Origin: Candidatus Limnocylindria bacterium
GTDB taxonomy: Bacteria > Chloroflexota > Limnocylindria > Limnocylindrales > CSP1-4
Direction: 5' to 3'
Assembly: GCA_035637675.1 (NCBI GenBank)
Contig: DASPWU010000004.1
Coordinates: forward strand, 1-61,851
DNA length: 61,851 nt
The position numbers and the translations under genes were made by a program. The notes below the pieces were generated by a model. That model saw nothing but the letters and a program-made list of their open reading frames with translations. It was not told where the DNA came from and did no database searches. Positions 15,852 through 24,502 of this stretch are shown here, one piece after another. The first letter of the stretch is position 1. Every line of letters begins with the position of its first letter.

Positions 15852-16913
15852 TCAGCCCGGGATCGGGGCCTGGAGGTATGACCGGTAGCGCTCCGGGTCC
15901 ACGTTCCCGCCGCTGACGATCGCCACGACCGGCCCGTCGATGCCATCCAGGCCTACCTCGCGGAGGTGAAATCGCATGGCCGCCAGGGCGAGGGCTCCGG
16001 ACGGCTCGGCCACGAGCCGGGCCTCCTCGGCCGCCAGCCGGACGGCGGCCGCAATCTCGGCCTCTGTCACGGTCACGATCCGATCGACCAGGGCCGACAG
16101 GTGGGCGAACGTCCGCCGGCCCAGCGACTGCGTCCGGGTGCCGTCGGAAATCGTCCGGATCACCAGCTCGGCCGGCCAGGCCACGATTCGACCCGCCGCC
16201 AGCGACTCCCGAGCATCGGCCGCCAGCTCGGGCTCGACGCCGATGATCCGCGCCGACGGTCGCACGCCTCGGACCGCGGCGGCCACGCCCGACGCCAGGC
16301 CGCCACCCCCGACCGGCACGAGCACGGCGGCGACATCCGGCAGGTCCTCGATGATCTCCAGACCGCAGGTCCCCTGGCCGGCGATGATTCGATCGTCATC
16401 GAAGGGCGGGATGACCGCCAGGCCGTGCTCCGCGGCCAGACCCTCGGCGACGGTGCGGCGCTCGTCGCTCGCGGGGCCCACCGTGATCACCTCCGCACCG
16501 TCGGCGACGACGCGACGGACCTTGAGCGGTGGTGCGTCGGAGGGCATGACCACGACCGCGGGGGCTCCCAGCAGCCGCGCGGCCCGCGCCACGCCCTGCG
16601 CGTGGTTGCCCGAGGAGTAAGTGATCACGCCACGAGCTCGCTCTGCGGGGCTGAGCGACGCGACGGCCACGTAAGCGCCGCGGAGCTTGAACGCGCCGAT
16701 CGGCTGGAGCGACTCGGCCTTGAGGAATCGATGCTCGCCGCTCGGCCCGAAGGGAACGAGCGGCGTTCTCAATGTGATTCCCTGCAGGATGGTCGCGGCA
16801 TCACGAATCGCTTCTAGGCCGACGAGGCCGGGTCCGAGGATGTCGGGGAGGCCGACCGGGTCGAGAGGGACTGGCTCGGGGCCGCCCGACGGGATGGCCG
16901 TTCGGTCAGCCAC
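15852..16913 (-). CDS. threonine ammonia-lyase / threonine dehydratase (PLP fold-type II)
   Basis: PLP lysine in ESLQPIGAFKLRGAY, plus SSGNHAQGVA and a glycine loop PVGGGGLASG. The proposed GTG 16913 overlaps the upstream stop by 8 nt (GTGGCTGA). The track start at 17051 lies inside the upstream gene. Confidence 0.8.
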   Translation of the reverse strand: MADRTAIPSGGPEPVPLDPVGLPDILGPGLVGLEAIRDAATILQGITLRTPLVPFGPSGEHRFLKAESLQPIGAFKLRGAYVAVASLSPAERARGVITYSSGNHAQGVARAARLLGAPAVVVMPSDAPPLKVRRVVADGAEVITVGPASDERRTVAEGLAAEHGLAVIPPFDDDRIIAGQGTCGLEIIEDLPDVAAVLVPVGGGGLASGVAAAVRGVRPSARIIGVEPELAADARESLAAGRIVAWPAELVIRTISDGTRTQSLGRRTFAHLSALVDRIVTVTEAEIAAAVRLAAEEARLVAEPSGALALAAMRFHLREVGLDGIDGPVVAIVSGGNVDPERYRSYLQAPIPG

Positions 16914-17307
16914 GGCCCTGTGCGATGAGCCTGGCGCAGTCGATGCAATGCTCTGCCCAGGGCAGGGCTTCCAGGCGTTCTGGCGCGATTGCCTTGCCGC
17001 ATCGCAGGCAGCGCCCGAACGTTCCCGCGTTGAGCCGGACCAGCGCCGCATCCACCAGCGCGAGCTGTTGCACCGCGCGCTCGCGAAGGGCGAGATCGCG
17101 TTGCTGCTCGAACACGTGACTGGCGGCCGCCGCCTGTGAGCCGTAGGTCATCTGCCCGGGCGGCTGAATGGTCGCCGCCAGCTCGTCGCGGAGCCGGACG
17201 CGCTCAGCCTCGAGCGCGGCTCGCGGGTCGGTCGCGCGGTCCGCTGCCGGGTTGGGGCCAGCGCCGGTTGCGGAGTCGGCCGAGCGCTCGGCCGATGAAG
17301 GATCCAT
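16906..17307 (-). CDS. TraR/DksA-family C4 zinc-finger protein
   Basis: 133 aa from ATG 17307. A coiled-coil-like middle is followed by the C-terminal CLRCGKAIAPERLEALPWAEHCIDC (CxxC-x17-CxxC). Confidence 0.75.
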   Translation of the reverse strand: MDPSSAERSADSATGAGPNPAADRATDPRAALEAERVRLRDELAATIQPPGQMTYGSQAAAASHVFEQQRDLALRERAVQQLALVDAALVRLNAGTFGRCLRCGKAIAPERLEALPWAEHCIDCARLIAQGRG

Positions 17308-17815
17308 GACGCGAGATGGTACGCGTCCCGTGCTCGACGCGGGCGCGGGGGTCATGGCCGGCGAGTTGAGCCGCGTTTCGGCCCGCCTGGTAGGCAGCGG
17401 CGCAGTCGGAGCATTGTCATGAGCAATGCTTTGAGGACGCTCGCCGATGGCGCCGCGCGGCTCCGGCAGCCTCGAGATGGCTCGGCCGGCCTCTGGCCCT
17501 TGCCGTATTCCGAGCATTGTTATGAGGACGCCAACGGCGGGCCGAAGGCCGCCCTGGGTGCTCATGCTCGTACGACGTACGCACGGGCCGAGCTCGCCGG
17601 GGTGTTGAACGATGCGGGCGATGGCGTGGAGGACGCCTTTGCCGCGCCGAAGGCCTCTCCGTAAGCATGCTCGGAATATGTCGACGTGCTATCCGCCCCA
17701 CGACCGCGGCCGTCGCGGGTCCGATAAGCCGCAGCTAAGCGGTGACGAGCAAACTGATCCAACGAGCCACCGGCGTCACCCGGCGACCGGGCTCGCAGTC
17801 GGGGCACGTTGGAGG

Positions 17816-18028
17816 ATGCCCGTGCGCCGCGCGAGCCGGTTCCTGATCGTGATCGTCATCCTGCTGACGCTGGTGGCCGGCGAGTCGACCCCGACCGGCC
17901 TGAATCGGAGCACAGCGGGACCGGAGAATGACCCTGCGGGCTGGCGGTGGGCCGTCGTCGGGCCGACGGATGACCTGGCCGGTTGGCGCTGGGCCGCAAC
18001 CGATCCGACAGGTTGGCGCTGGGACTGA
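17816..18028 (+). CDS. small secreted/membrane-anchored protein with three AGWRW repeats (hypothetical)
   Basis: 70 aa: MPVRRASRFLIVIVILLTLVAGE (signal/anchor), then DPAGWRWA, DLAGWRWA and DPTGWRWD. GGAGG lies at 17811-17815. An in-frame GTG at 17822 has better Shine-Dalgarno spacing than ATG 17816. Confidence 0.45.
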   Translation: MPVRRASRFLIVIVILLTLVAGESTPTGLNRSTAGPENDPAGWRWAVVGPTDDLAGWRWAATDPTGWRWD

Positions 18029-18132
18029 CGCTCGCCGCGCCTCAGGTCGCAACGACACTTCCGCCCTGGCCGTGATCCCGCCCTCGCTTCGCGCCTGGCG
18101 GCGAATCCCGGCTACGGCCTAGTGAAGTTCAC

Positions 18133-18921
18133 TTAGTGGCCGGCCGTGATCCCGGTCGAGTCGGAGCTGAGCCGCTGCGCGAGGTAGACCGGCAGGATTG
18201 AGACGATGATGACGAAGAGCGCGACGACGTTGACGATCGGACGTTGCGCTGCCCGGGAGAGCTGGTTGTAGATCCAGATCGGCAGCGTCTCCTGTGTGCC
18301 CGCGGTGAAGAACGTCACGACGATCTCATCGAAGGACAGGGCGAATGCGAGCAGGCCGCCAGCGAGCAGGGCAGTCCTGATGACCGGGAACGTCACGTAG
18401 CGGAACGTCTGCCAGGCATCCGCGCCGAGGTCCATGGACGCCTCCTCGATCGAGCGCGACGAGCGCCGCAATCGGGCAATGACGTTGTTGAAGACGATGA
18501 CGATGCAGAACGTCGCGTGGCCCACCGCAACCGTGAACGCCGAGAAGCCGATGGCCGCCGTGTTGATCGTCGCGTTGAGGGCCATGCCGGTGACGATGCC
18601 GGGGAGGGCGATCGGCAGCACGAACAGGAAGGAGATGGATTCGCGGCCGAAGAACGAGAATCGATGGATCGCCAGGGCAGCCAGGGAACCCAGCAGGATC
18701 GCCACGATCGTCGCGCCCAACCCCACCTGGACGGACAGGACGAGCGCGTCGATCAGGTCACCATTGGCGAGGGCAACCCCGAACCAGTCGGTCGTGAAGC
18801 GCTCGATCGGCCAGGCCTGGGCGCGGTCGGCGTTGAAGGCGTACAGCGCGATCGTGCCGATCGGGACATACAGGAAGGCGACGACCGCGACGCTCGCGAG
18901 GCGCAGTGCGATCCGGCTCAC
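18133..18921 (-). CDS. ABC transporter permease (PotC/PotI-like, polyamine-type)
   Basis: 262 aa with six TM helices. Has the EAA-type loop EEASMDLGADAWQTFRYVTFP typical of binding-protein-dependent importers. Confidence 0.85.
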   Translation of the reverse strand: MSRIALRLASVAVVAFLYVPIGTIALYAFNADRAQAWPIERFTTDWFGVALANGDLIDALVLSVQVGLGATIVAILLGSLAALAIHRFSFFGRESISFLFVLPIALPGIVTGMALNATINTAAIGFSAFTVAVGHATFCIVIVFNNVIARLRRSSRSIEEASMDLGADAWQTFRYVTFPVIRTALLAGGLLAFALSFDEIVVTFFTAGTQETLPIWIYNQLSRAAQRPIVNVVALFVIIVSILPVYLAQRLSSDSTGITAGH

Positions 18922-18928
18922 GTCGCTC

Positions 18929-19819
18929 TCACAGAGCGTCGAAGGCTCCTAGCCGGCGAGCGCCCAGGAGGTACACGCCCATGATCAGGATGGGCACGGT
19001 CGCGAACGCCGCGGCGAGGGGCACGTTGTTTGCCACGCCCTGTGCCTCGTACACGACGTTGCCGATGAATTGCGTGTTGCCGACGAGCTTCGGCGTGATG
19101 TAGTCGCCCAGCGTGAGCGAGAACGTGAAGATCGAGCCGGCCACGAGCGCCGGCAGGACGAGGGGCAGGACGATCCGCCGGAACGTCGTTGCGCCGCGGC
19201 CACCCAGGTCGGCCGATGCCTCCAGGAGCGAGCTCGGGATCCGTTCCAGCCCGGCGTAGATCGGCAGGATCATGTAGGGCAGCCAGAGATAGCAGAAGAC
19301 CACGACCATCGAGGCGCCGGAGGAGCCCGGACTCAGGCCGGGGGCGCCGAGGACGCCGAACAGCCATTCGAGCGGACCGCCATCGGCCAGCAACACGCGC
19401 CACGCGTAGACCTTGACCAGGTAGCTGGCCCACAGCGGCAGCAGGACCAGGATGAAGAGCACGGATCGGACGCGACGCGACGCCACTCGTGCCATGTAGT
19501 AGGCGATCGGGAAGGCGATGAGCATGTCGACCACGGTCACCAGGGCGGCGACGCCGACCGTTCGGAGGGCAACCGTCCGGTAAACCGGGCTCTCGATGAG
19601 AAGCTCGAAATTGCGCAGGCTGAAGTCGTGGCGGACGGCCGAGGTCGCCGGGTCCAGGTACCAGAAGGCACTGACCAGAAGGACAGCGAGCGAGCCCAGG
19701 TAGACGATCGCGAACCAGCCGACCGGCGGCGTGAGGAGCAACACGAGCTGCGCCCAGCGCCGTCGCCAGAGCATCGCCTGGACGCGACGGAAGAAGCCTG
19801 GCCGAGCGGAGGACGCCAT
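18929..19819 (-). CDS. ABC transporter permease (PotB/PotH-like)
   Basis: 296 aa. The EAA loop is LLEASADLGGRGATTFRRIVLP. Adjacent to the second permease gene. Confidence 0.85.
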   Translation of the reverse strand: MASSARPGFFRRVQAMLWRRRWAQLVLLLTPPVGWFAIVYLGSLAVLLVSAFWYLDPATSAVRHDFSLRNFELLIESPVYRTVALRTVGVAALVTVVDMLIAFPIAYYMARVASRRVRSVLFILVLLPLWASYLVKVYAWRVLLADGGPLEWLFGVLGAPGLSPGSSGASMVVVFCYLWLPYMILPIYAGLERIPSSLLEASADLGGRGATTFRRIVLPLVLPALVAGSIFTFSLTLGDYITPKLVGNTQFIGNVVYEAQGVANNVPLAAAFATVPILIMGVYLLGARRLGAFDAL

Positions 19820-19896
19820 CGCGATCCCGCGCCGTGGCTCAGCGGCCGGCCGGGGATCGGCTCCCCGGCCTGAGCCGCGCGGCCATCAGGGCGTCG

Positions 19897-21183
19897 TCAG
19901 CCCTTGATCTCCGTCCACTTCTGGGTCCAGATCGAGTAGTCGATGCACGTCTGCCCCCGGCTGTCGCCGCAATCGGCGAGCGGCGTCTTCCAGAAGCTGA
20001 TCGCGTCATAGAAGGTCTTGTCGTTGACCCGGTAGGCCGTGCAGAAGTCCTTGAGCGCGTACGGGCCCAGGTTGCCGGCGTCCAGGATCTCGCAGGCCTG
20101 CGGATTCGCCGGAGCCTCTCCGAACGACTCTGCGACCTGGGCCTGGACTTCCTTGGTGACCATCCAGCCCATCCACAGGTACATGCAGTTTGGATGCGTG
20201 GCGTGCGCGGACATCATCCAGGTGTCGGCCCACCCGGTCATCCCTTCGCTGGGGACGACCGCATCGACCTTGACGCCCGCGCCCTTGAGCGTGTTGACCT
20301 GATACGGCCACGTCGTCCCGACGACGCTCGCGCCCGTCGTGAAGTTGTCGATCTCGTCGGTGTAGAGCGACCAGTACTTGCCGACGAGCGGGTGCTGGTC
20401 CTTGAGCAGCTGAACGGCCGCGTCGAACTGCGGCTGGGTGAGCTCGTACACGTCGGTGATCCCGAGCTCGGGCCTATGTGCCTTCAGGTACAGCGCCGCG
20501 TCGGCGATGTAGATCGGGCTGTCATAGTCCGTGATCTTGCCCTTGTACGCCGTAGCCTTGGCCGGGTCGAAGACGACGTCCCAGCTCGTGGGAGCCGGGG
20601 ACACCTTGTCCGTGCGGTACATGAGCGAGTTACCTCCCCACCCATGGGACACGCCGTAATGCTTGCCGTTCACGGTGTTGTGGGGTGGCGATTGCAGGAA
20701 CTCGGCAATGTTGTTCCAGTCGGGGATGAGCGCCGGGTTAATCTCGGCCACATCGCCGTTGGCGATGAGCCGGTTCGTGGCGTCGCCGGACGCCGAGACG
20801 CCGTCATACACGGAGCCGCCGCCCTGCCGCATGAGCGTGACCATCTCGTCGGACGTGTTGCCGACCTTCGACTTGACCTTGCAGCCGGTCTTCGTCTCGA
20901 ACCCGTGCACCCAGTCGTAGGCCTTGAGCGTCGTCGTCGCGTTGGGGACCTTGTTCGAGCCGTCCTCGGCGTAGCCGGCCCAGATGATGATGTTGAGCTC
21001 GCCCTCGGCCTTTCCGATCGACTGCGGCAGGTTGGACGACGGGCTGGGAGCGGCGCTGGCCACCGAAGGCGGCGCCGAAGCGGGCGCTGTCGTCGGTGCC
21101 GGGCTCGGCGTCGCGCCGCCTGAGCAGGCCGACACGACGAGGCCGATCGTGGCCAGCGCCCCCAGCGGGGATCGAGTTTTCAT
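19897..21183 (-). CDS. extracellular solute-binding lipoprotein (PotD/PotF-like)
   Basis: 428 aa from ATG 21183, preceded by GGAGGAGGA. Signal MKTRSPLGALATIGLVVSAC has a lipobox, followed by a low-complexity S/P/A linker and a PBP fold. Confidence 0.8.
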   Translation of the reverse strand: MKTRSPLGALATIGLVVSACSGGATPSPAPTTAPASAPPSVASAAPSPSSNLPQSIGKAEGELNIIIWAGYAEDGSNKVPNATTTLKAYDWVHGFETKTGCKVKSKVGNTSDEMVTLMRQGGGSVYDGVSASGDATNRLIANGDVAEINPALIPDWNNIAEFLQSPPHNTVNGKHYGVSHGWGGNSLMYRTDKVSPAPTSWDVVFDPAKATAYKGKITDYDSPIYIADAALYLKAHRPELGITDVYELTQPQFDAAVQLLKDQHPLVGKYWSLYTDEIDNFTTGASVVGTTWPYQVNTLKGAGVKVDAVVPSEGMTGWADTWMMSAHATHPNCMYLWMGWMVTKEVQAQVAESFGEAPANPQACEILDAGNLGPYALKDFCTAYRVNDKTFYDAISFWKTPLADCGDSRGQTCIDYSIWTQKWTEIKG

Positions 21184-21203
21184 GGGTCCTCCTCCTCGTT
21201 CCG

Positions 21204-22319
21204 TCAGCCGGTGACGGGAAAATTGTGCTGCCGCTTCCACACGAGCCGGACAGCCTTGTCCTGTGACGCCAGTGCCTCCATGGATGAGGTCGCCAGGTTT
21301 TGCTGGGTGACGACGAGCTCGCCGCCGACGTCGAGTGCGACGACGTAGCGGGTATTCGAGCCGAGATAGACGACGCTCCGGATGCGACCCTGCGCGAACG
21401 ACTCGTCGGAAGCAACGGGCGTGTCCGGCTCAGCCAGGCGAATCTTCTCGGGGCGAACCGTGAACGTGCCGGGTTCGCCGACGATCGTTCGGGCGACGTC
21501 GCCGGAAAGCAGGTTGGACGTGCCCACGAAGCCGGCCACGAAGACCGTCGCCGGGCGCTCGTAGACATCGGCGGGCGTGCCGACCTGCTCGATTCGGCCG
21601 CGGTTGAACACGGCCAGTCGGTCGCTCATCGTGAGCGCCTCCTCCTGGTCGTGGGTGACGTAGATGAACGTGATGCCGACCTGCAGCTGGATCGACTTGA
21701 GCTCGATCTGCATCTCCTGGCGCAGCTTCAGGTCCAGTGCGCCGAGCGGCTCATCCAGGAGGAGCACCCGCGGCCGGTTGATGAGCGCGCGGGCAAGCGC
21801 TACCCGTTGCCGCTGGCCGCCCGATAGCTGGGACGGCCGCCGCCGCTCATATCCCTCCAGCCGGACCATCTCGAGCGCGTCGGCCACCCGCGTCCGTCGC
21901 TCACGGACCGGAACCTTCCTGACCATGAGGCCGTACTCGACGTTCTGGCCGACGGACATGTGGGGGAACAGCGCGTAGTCCTGGAAGACCGTATTGACGT
22001 CGCGCTCGAACGGCGCCCGTTGGGTCACGTCCTGGCCGTGGAGCAGGATCCGCCCGGCGGTTGGAAGCTCGAAGCCGGCGATCATCCGAAGGGTCGTCGT
22101 CTTTCCCGAGCCTGACGGCCCGAGCACCGAGAAGAACTCGCCATCGCGGACCGCCAGGTCGATGCCGTCGACGGCGACGACGTCGCCGAACCGCTTCTCC
22201 ACATGATCCAGTCGAACGGCAGCTGCGGCATGGGCGTCGAACGCCGCACCGGGCGACCCATCGGCCGCAGGCGCAGGGCCGGCAATCCGGTCGGGCGCGG
22301 AGACGGTGCTCGGGGTCAA
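21204..22319 (-). CDS. ABC transporter ATP-binding protein (PotA-like)
   Basis: Walker A GPSGSGKTT, signature LSGGQRQRVALARAL, Walker B LLLDEPLGALD, and a C-terminal TOBE-like domain. The only upstream start in frame is TTG 22319, so the start is uncertain. Confidence 0.85.
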   Translation of the reverse strand: MTPSTVSAPDRIAGPAPAADGSPGAAFDAHAAAAVRLDHVEKRFGDVVAVDGIDLAVRDGEFFSVLGPSGSGKTTTLRMIAGFELPTAGRILLHGQDVTQRAPFERDVNTVFQDYALFPHMSVGQNVEYGLMVRKVPVRERRTRVADALEMVRLEGYERRRPSQLSGGQRQRVALARALINRPRVLLLDEPLGALDLKLRQEMQIELKSIQLQVGITFIYVTHDQEEALTMSDRLAVFNRGRIEQVGTPADVYERPATVFVAGFVGTSNLLSGDVARTIVGEPGTFTVRPEKIRLAEPDTPVASDESFAQGRIRSVVYLGSNTRYVVALDVGGELVVTQQNLATSSMEALASQDKAVRLVWKRQHNFPVTG

Positions 22320-22540
22320 GCGAAACCTCTCAGGTCGGACGGATCCTGCGCCACGACGCCATGTCGCTCAGTCTGCCTCGCGCGGCCGTGCCCGAATGCG
22401 GCCACGGCCACGAGTCGGGCGGCCCGGCGCCGGGCGGCAGCCGTTCGCGTGGGTGGCGCGCACTCTGCGTCGGTGCCGCCGACCGTGTCAAGCCAGGGGC
22501 CGGCCGGCGGGACGGCTAGACTCGGCCGGGAGGCCCACCC

Positions 22541-23053
22541 CTGTCCATACCTCACTCCGACCGCCGCCGACGTGTCGCCGTCGCGCTGCTGCTCGCAGCG
22601 CTCGTCGTATCGGCCACCGGCTGCGACGCGGAGGCGGACAGGCCCACCCCGCGCCCGACGCCCGGGACGCCCGCGAATCCTCGAGAGGTCAATCTCATCG
22701 CGCGCGAGTATGCGTTCAGTCCTCCCGCCGTCGATGTCGTTCCGGGCGAAACCATCCTCCTGCACGTCGTCAACGCCGGTCTCGACGTGCACGAGGCGAT
22801 CGTCGGCGACGCCGCCACGCAGGCAGCATGGGAGGCGGCCGAGGCCGCGGTTGCCGGCGCCCCGCCCGGTCCGACGCCGATGGTGAGCGTTCCGCCCGGG
22901 ATCGCCGGATTGCGACTGGTCGTGCGATCCGGGGAGCGGGCCGACGCCATCTGGACCGTGCCTCCGACGGCCGGTCGAATGGTCGTCGGCTGCCATATCC
23001 CTGGCCACTGGGCGAAGGGAATGCAGGTGCCGGTGCGCGCCGTGACGCCCTGA
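22541..23053 (+). CDS. rusticyanin/sulfocyanin-like type-1 cupredoxin lipoprotein
   Basis: The frame is open from 22520. It encodes RRRRVAVALLLAALVVSATGC (lipobox), then EYAFSPPAVDVVPGETILLHVVNAGLDVHEA and VVGCHIPGHWAKGM (C-x4-H-x4-M). There is no ATG/GTG/TTG before the signal peptide. CTG 22541 lies 7 nt after GGGAGG (22528-22533) and is proposed as the start. Confidence 0.7.
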   Translation: MSIPHSDRRRRVAVALLLAALVVSATGCDAEADRPTPRPTPGTPANPREVNLIAREYAFSPPAVDVVPGETILLHVVNAGLDVHEAIVGDAATQAAWEAAEAAVAGAPPGPTPMVSVPPGIAGLRLVVRSGERADAIWTVPPTAGRMVVGCHIPGHWAKGMQVPVRAVTP

Positions 23054-23207
23054 GATTTCGTGTCCGGCGAGGCCGCCGCGCGAGTGATACGCTCAGTACC
23101 TCGTCACCGGCAGGGCCGGCGCGGGGTGACTGGACCGGGCGAGCGGACAGGGGCGACCGGGACATTGGGCGACCGGGCGGCGCGGATCGTCGCAGAGGAG
23201 ACATTCC

Positions 23208-23495
23208 ATGACCTATGTCATCGCCGAGCCATGCATCGACGTGCTCGACATCTCGTGCGTCTCCGTCTGTCCGGTTGATTGCATCCACTACGAAGAGGGG
23301 GTGGATCGCAAGCTGTACATCGACCCGAACGAATGCATCGACTGCGGCGCGTGCGAGCCCGAGTGCCCGGTCAACGCCATCTTCCCCGAGGAATCGTTGC
23401 CCGCCGAGTGGGCCAGCTACACCCAGATCGACGCGACCTGGTACACGGATAAGGCCGCGGCACGGGCGGCCGTCGACGAGGCCAAACCGGCCTGA
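23208..23495 (+). CDS. fdxA: 7Fe-type ferredoxin (3Fe-4S plus 4Fe-4S)
   Basis: [27 protein letters not shown] ... [16 protein letters not shown] is the classic FdxA cysteine pattern. AGAGGAGA lies upstream of the ATG. Confidence 0.9.
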   Translation: MTYVIAEPCIDVLDISCVSVCPVDCIHYEEGVDRKLYIDPNECIDCGACEPECPVNAIFPEESLPAEWASYTQIDATWYTDKAAARAAVDEAKPA

Positions 23496-23560
23496 AGCCG
23501 CATTGGAGCGGCGCCGGCCCCGCAAGGGACCCGTAAGCTCCGACGGATAGACTGCATCCC

Positions 23561-24490
23561 ATGCGGATCGTCTCCCTTCTGCCGTCGGCCACGGAGATCG
23601 TGTGCGCCCTGGGGCTGAGCCGCCAGCTCGTTGGCGTGACCCACGAATGCGACTGGCCTCCGGAGGCGGTCGGCAAGCCGGTCATGACGCGACCCACGCT
23701 CGACCTGCGCGGCGCGTCCAATCGCGCCATCGATCGGCGCGTCCAGGCGGCCGTCGAGGAAGGGCACGCCCTCTACGAGATCGATGAAGAGGCGCTTCGC
23801 GCCGCCCGGCCGGATCTCATCATCAGCCAGCAGCTCTGCGCCGTCTGCGCTCCCCACCACGCTTCTGTCCAGGAGCTGGCCCGGTCCATCAGCCCGGAGA
23901 TCGCCGTTATCTCGATCGATCCGGCCAGTCTGGAAGGCATCTTCAACTCGATCAGCTCGGTGGGCGCGATGACCGAGACTGAGTCCAAGGCGCTGGCCCT
24001 GCTGGCGCGGCTCCGTGGCCGGCTGGGCCGGCTCGAGCAGAAGGTGGAGAAGGAACGCGCGGCCGGCTTCCGGCCGCTGCGCGTGGTCGGCCTCGAATGG
24101 CTCGACCCACCGTTCGTGGTCGGCCATTGGGTCCCCGAGCAGATTCGTCGCGCCGGCGGCTGGGACCTGCTGGGTCGGGAGGGCGAGCCGGCCGTCCGGA
24201 CGACCTGGTCGGCGATTCGCGACATCGAGCCGGACATGCTCCTGCTCATGCCGTGCGGTTACCATCTGGCCGACACGGTCCGCGAGTTCGGGCGGATGCG
24301 ACGGCCGCCGTTCTGGTCGGACATCCTCGCCGTCCAGCGTCACAACGTGATCGCTCTCGACGGCTCGGCCTATTTCAGCCGGCCGGGGCCGCGGGTGGTC
24401 GACGGCATCTACATGCTGGCCGAGATCTTCGACCCGAATCACTTCGTGGACATCGCCCCGCCGATGAGCTGGGAACCCATCCCCGTCTGA
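23561..24490 (+). CDS. BtuF/Peripla_BP_2-like binding protein without a signal peptide
   Basis: MRIVSLLPSATEIVCALGL..VGVTHECDWP and PDLIISQ are typical of cobalamin/siderophore-type class III binding proteins. The N-terminus has no hydrophobic leader. Confidence 0.65.
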   Translation: MRIVSLLPSATEIVCALGLSRQLVGVTHECDWPPEAVGKPVMTRPTLDLRGASNRAIDRRVQAAVEEGHALYEIDEEALRAARPDLIISQQLCAVCAPHHASVQELARSISPEIAVISIDPASLEGIFNSISSVGAMTETESKALALLARLRGRLGRLEQKVEKERAAGFRPLRVVGLEWLDPPFVVGHWVPEQIRRAGGWDLLGREGEPAVRTTWSAIRDIEPDMLLLMPCGYHLADTVREFGRMRRPPFWSDILAVQRHNVIALDGSAYFSRPGPRVVDGIYMLAEIFDPNHFVDIAPPMSWEPIPV

Positions 24491-24502
24491 CGCGGGGCAG
24501 GT

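Noticed and set aside
14042-15946. Very long ORFs antisense to or overlapping confidently called genes. Examples are 14042..15946(-), 9651..11330(+), 23417..25252(-), 31264..32679(-), 47484..50207(+), 57595..59211(+), 5653..6948(-) and 2771..4279(+).
   Set aside because: Their products are dominated by Arg/Pro/Gly/Ala/Asp runs with no recognisable motifs. Each lies opposite a gene with clear family signatures. Long stop-free antisense frames are expected by chance in very GC-rich DNA.
17419-17664. An 81-aa ORF (MSNALRTLADG...) and other short ORFs inside the 17308-17815 spacer as peptide genes carrying the repeated SEHC(Y/H)E motif.
   Set aside because: The two copies of the underlying DNA motif fall in different reading frames, there is no ribosome-binding site, and the composition is not protein-like. 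The repeats are better explained at the DNA or RNA level.
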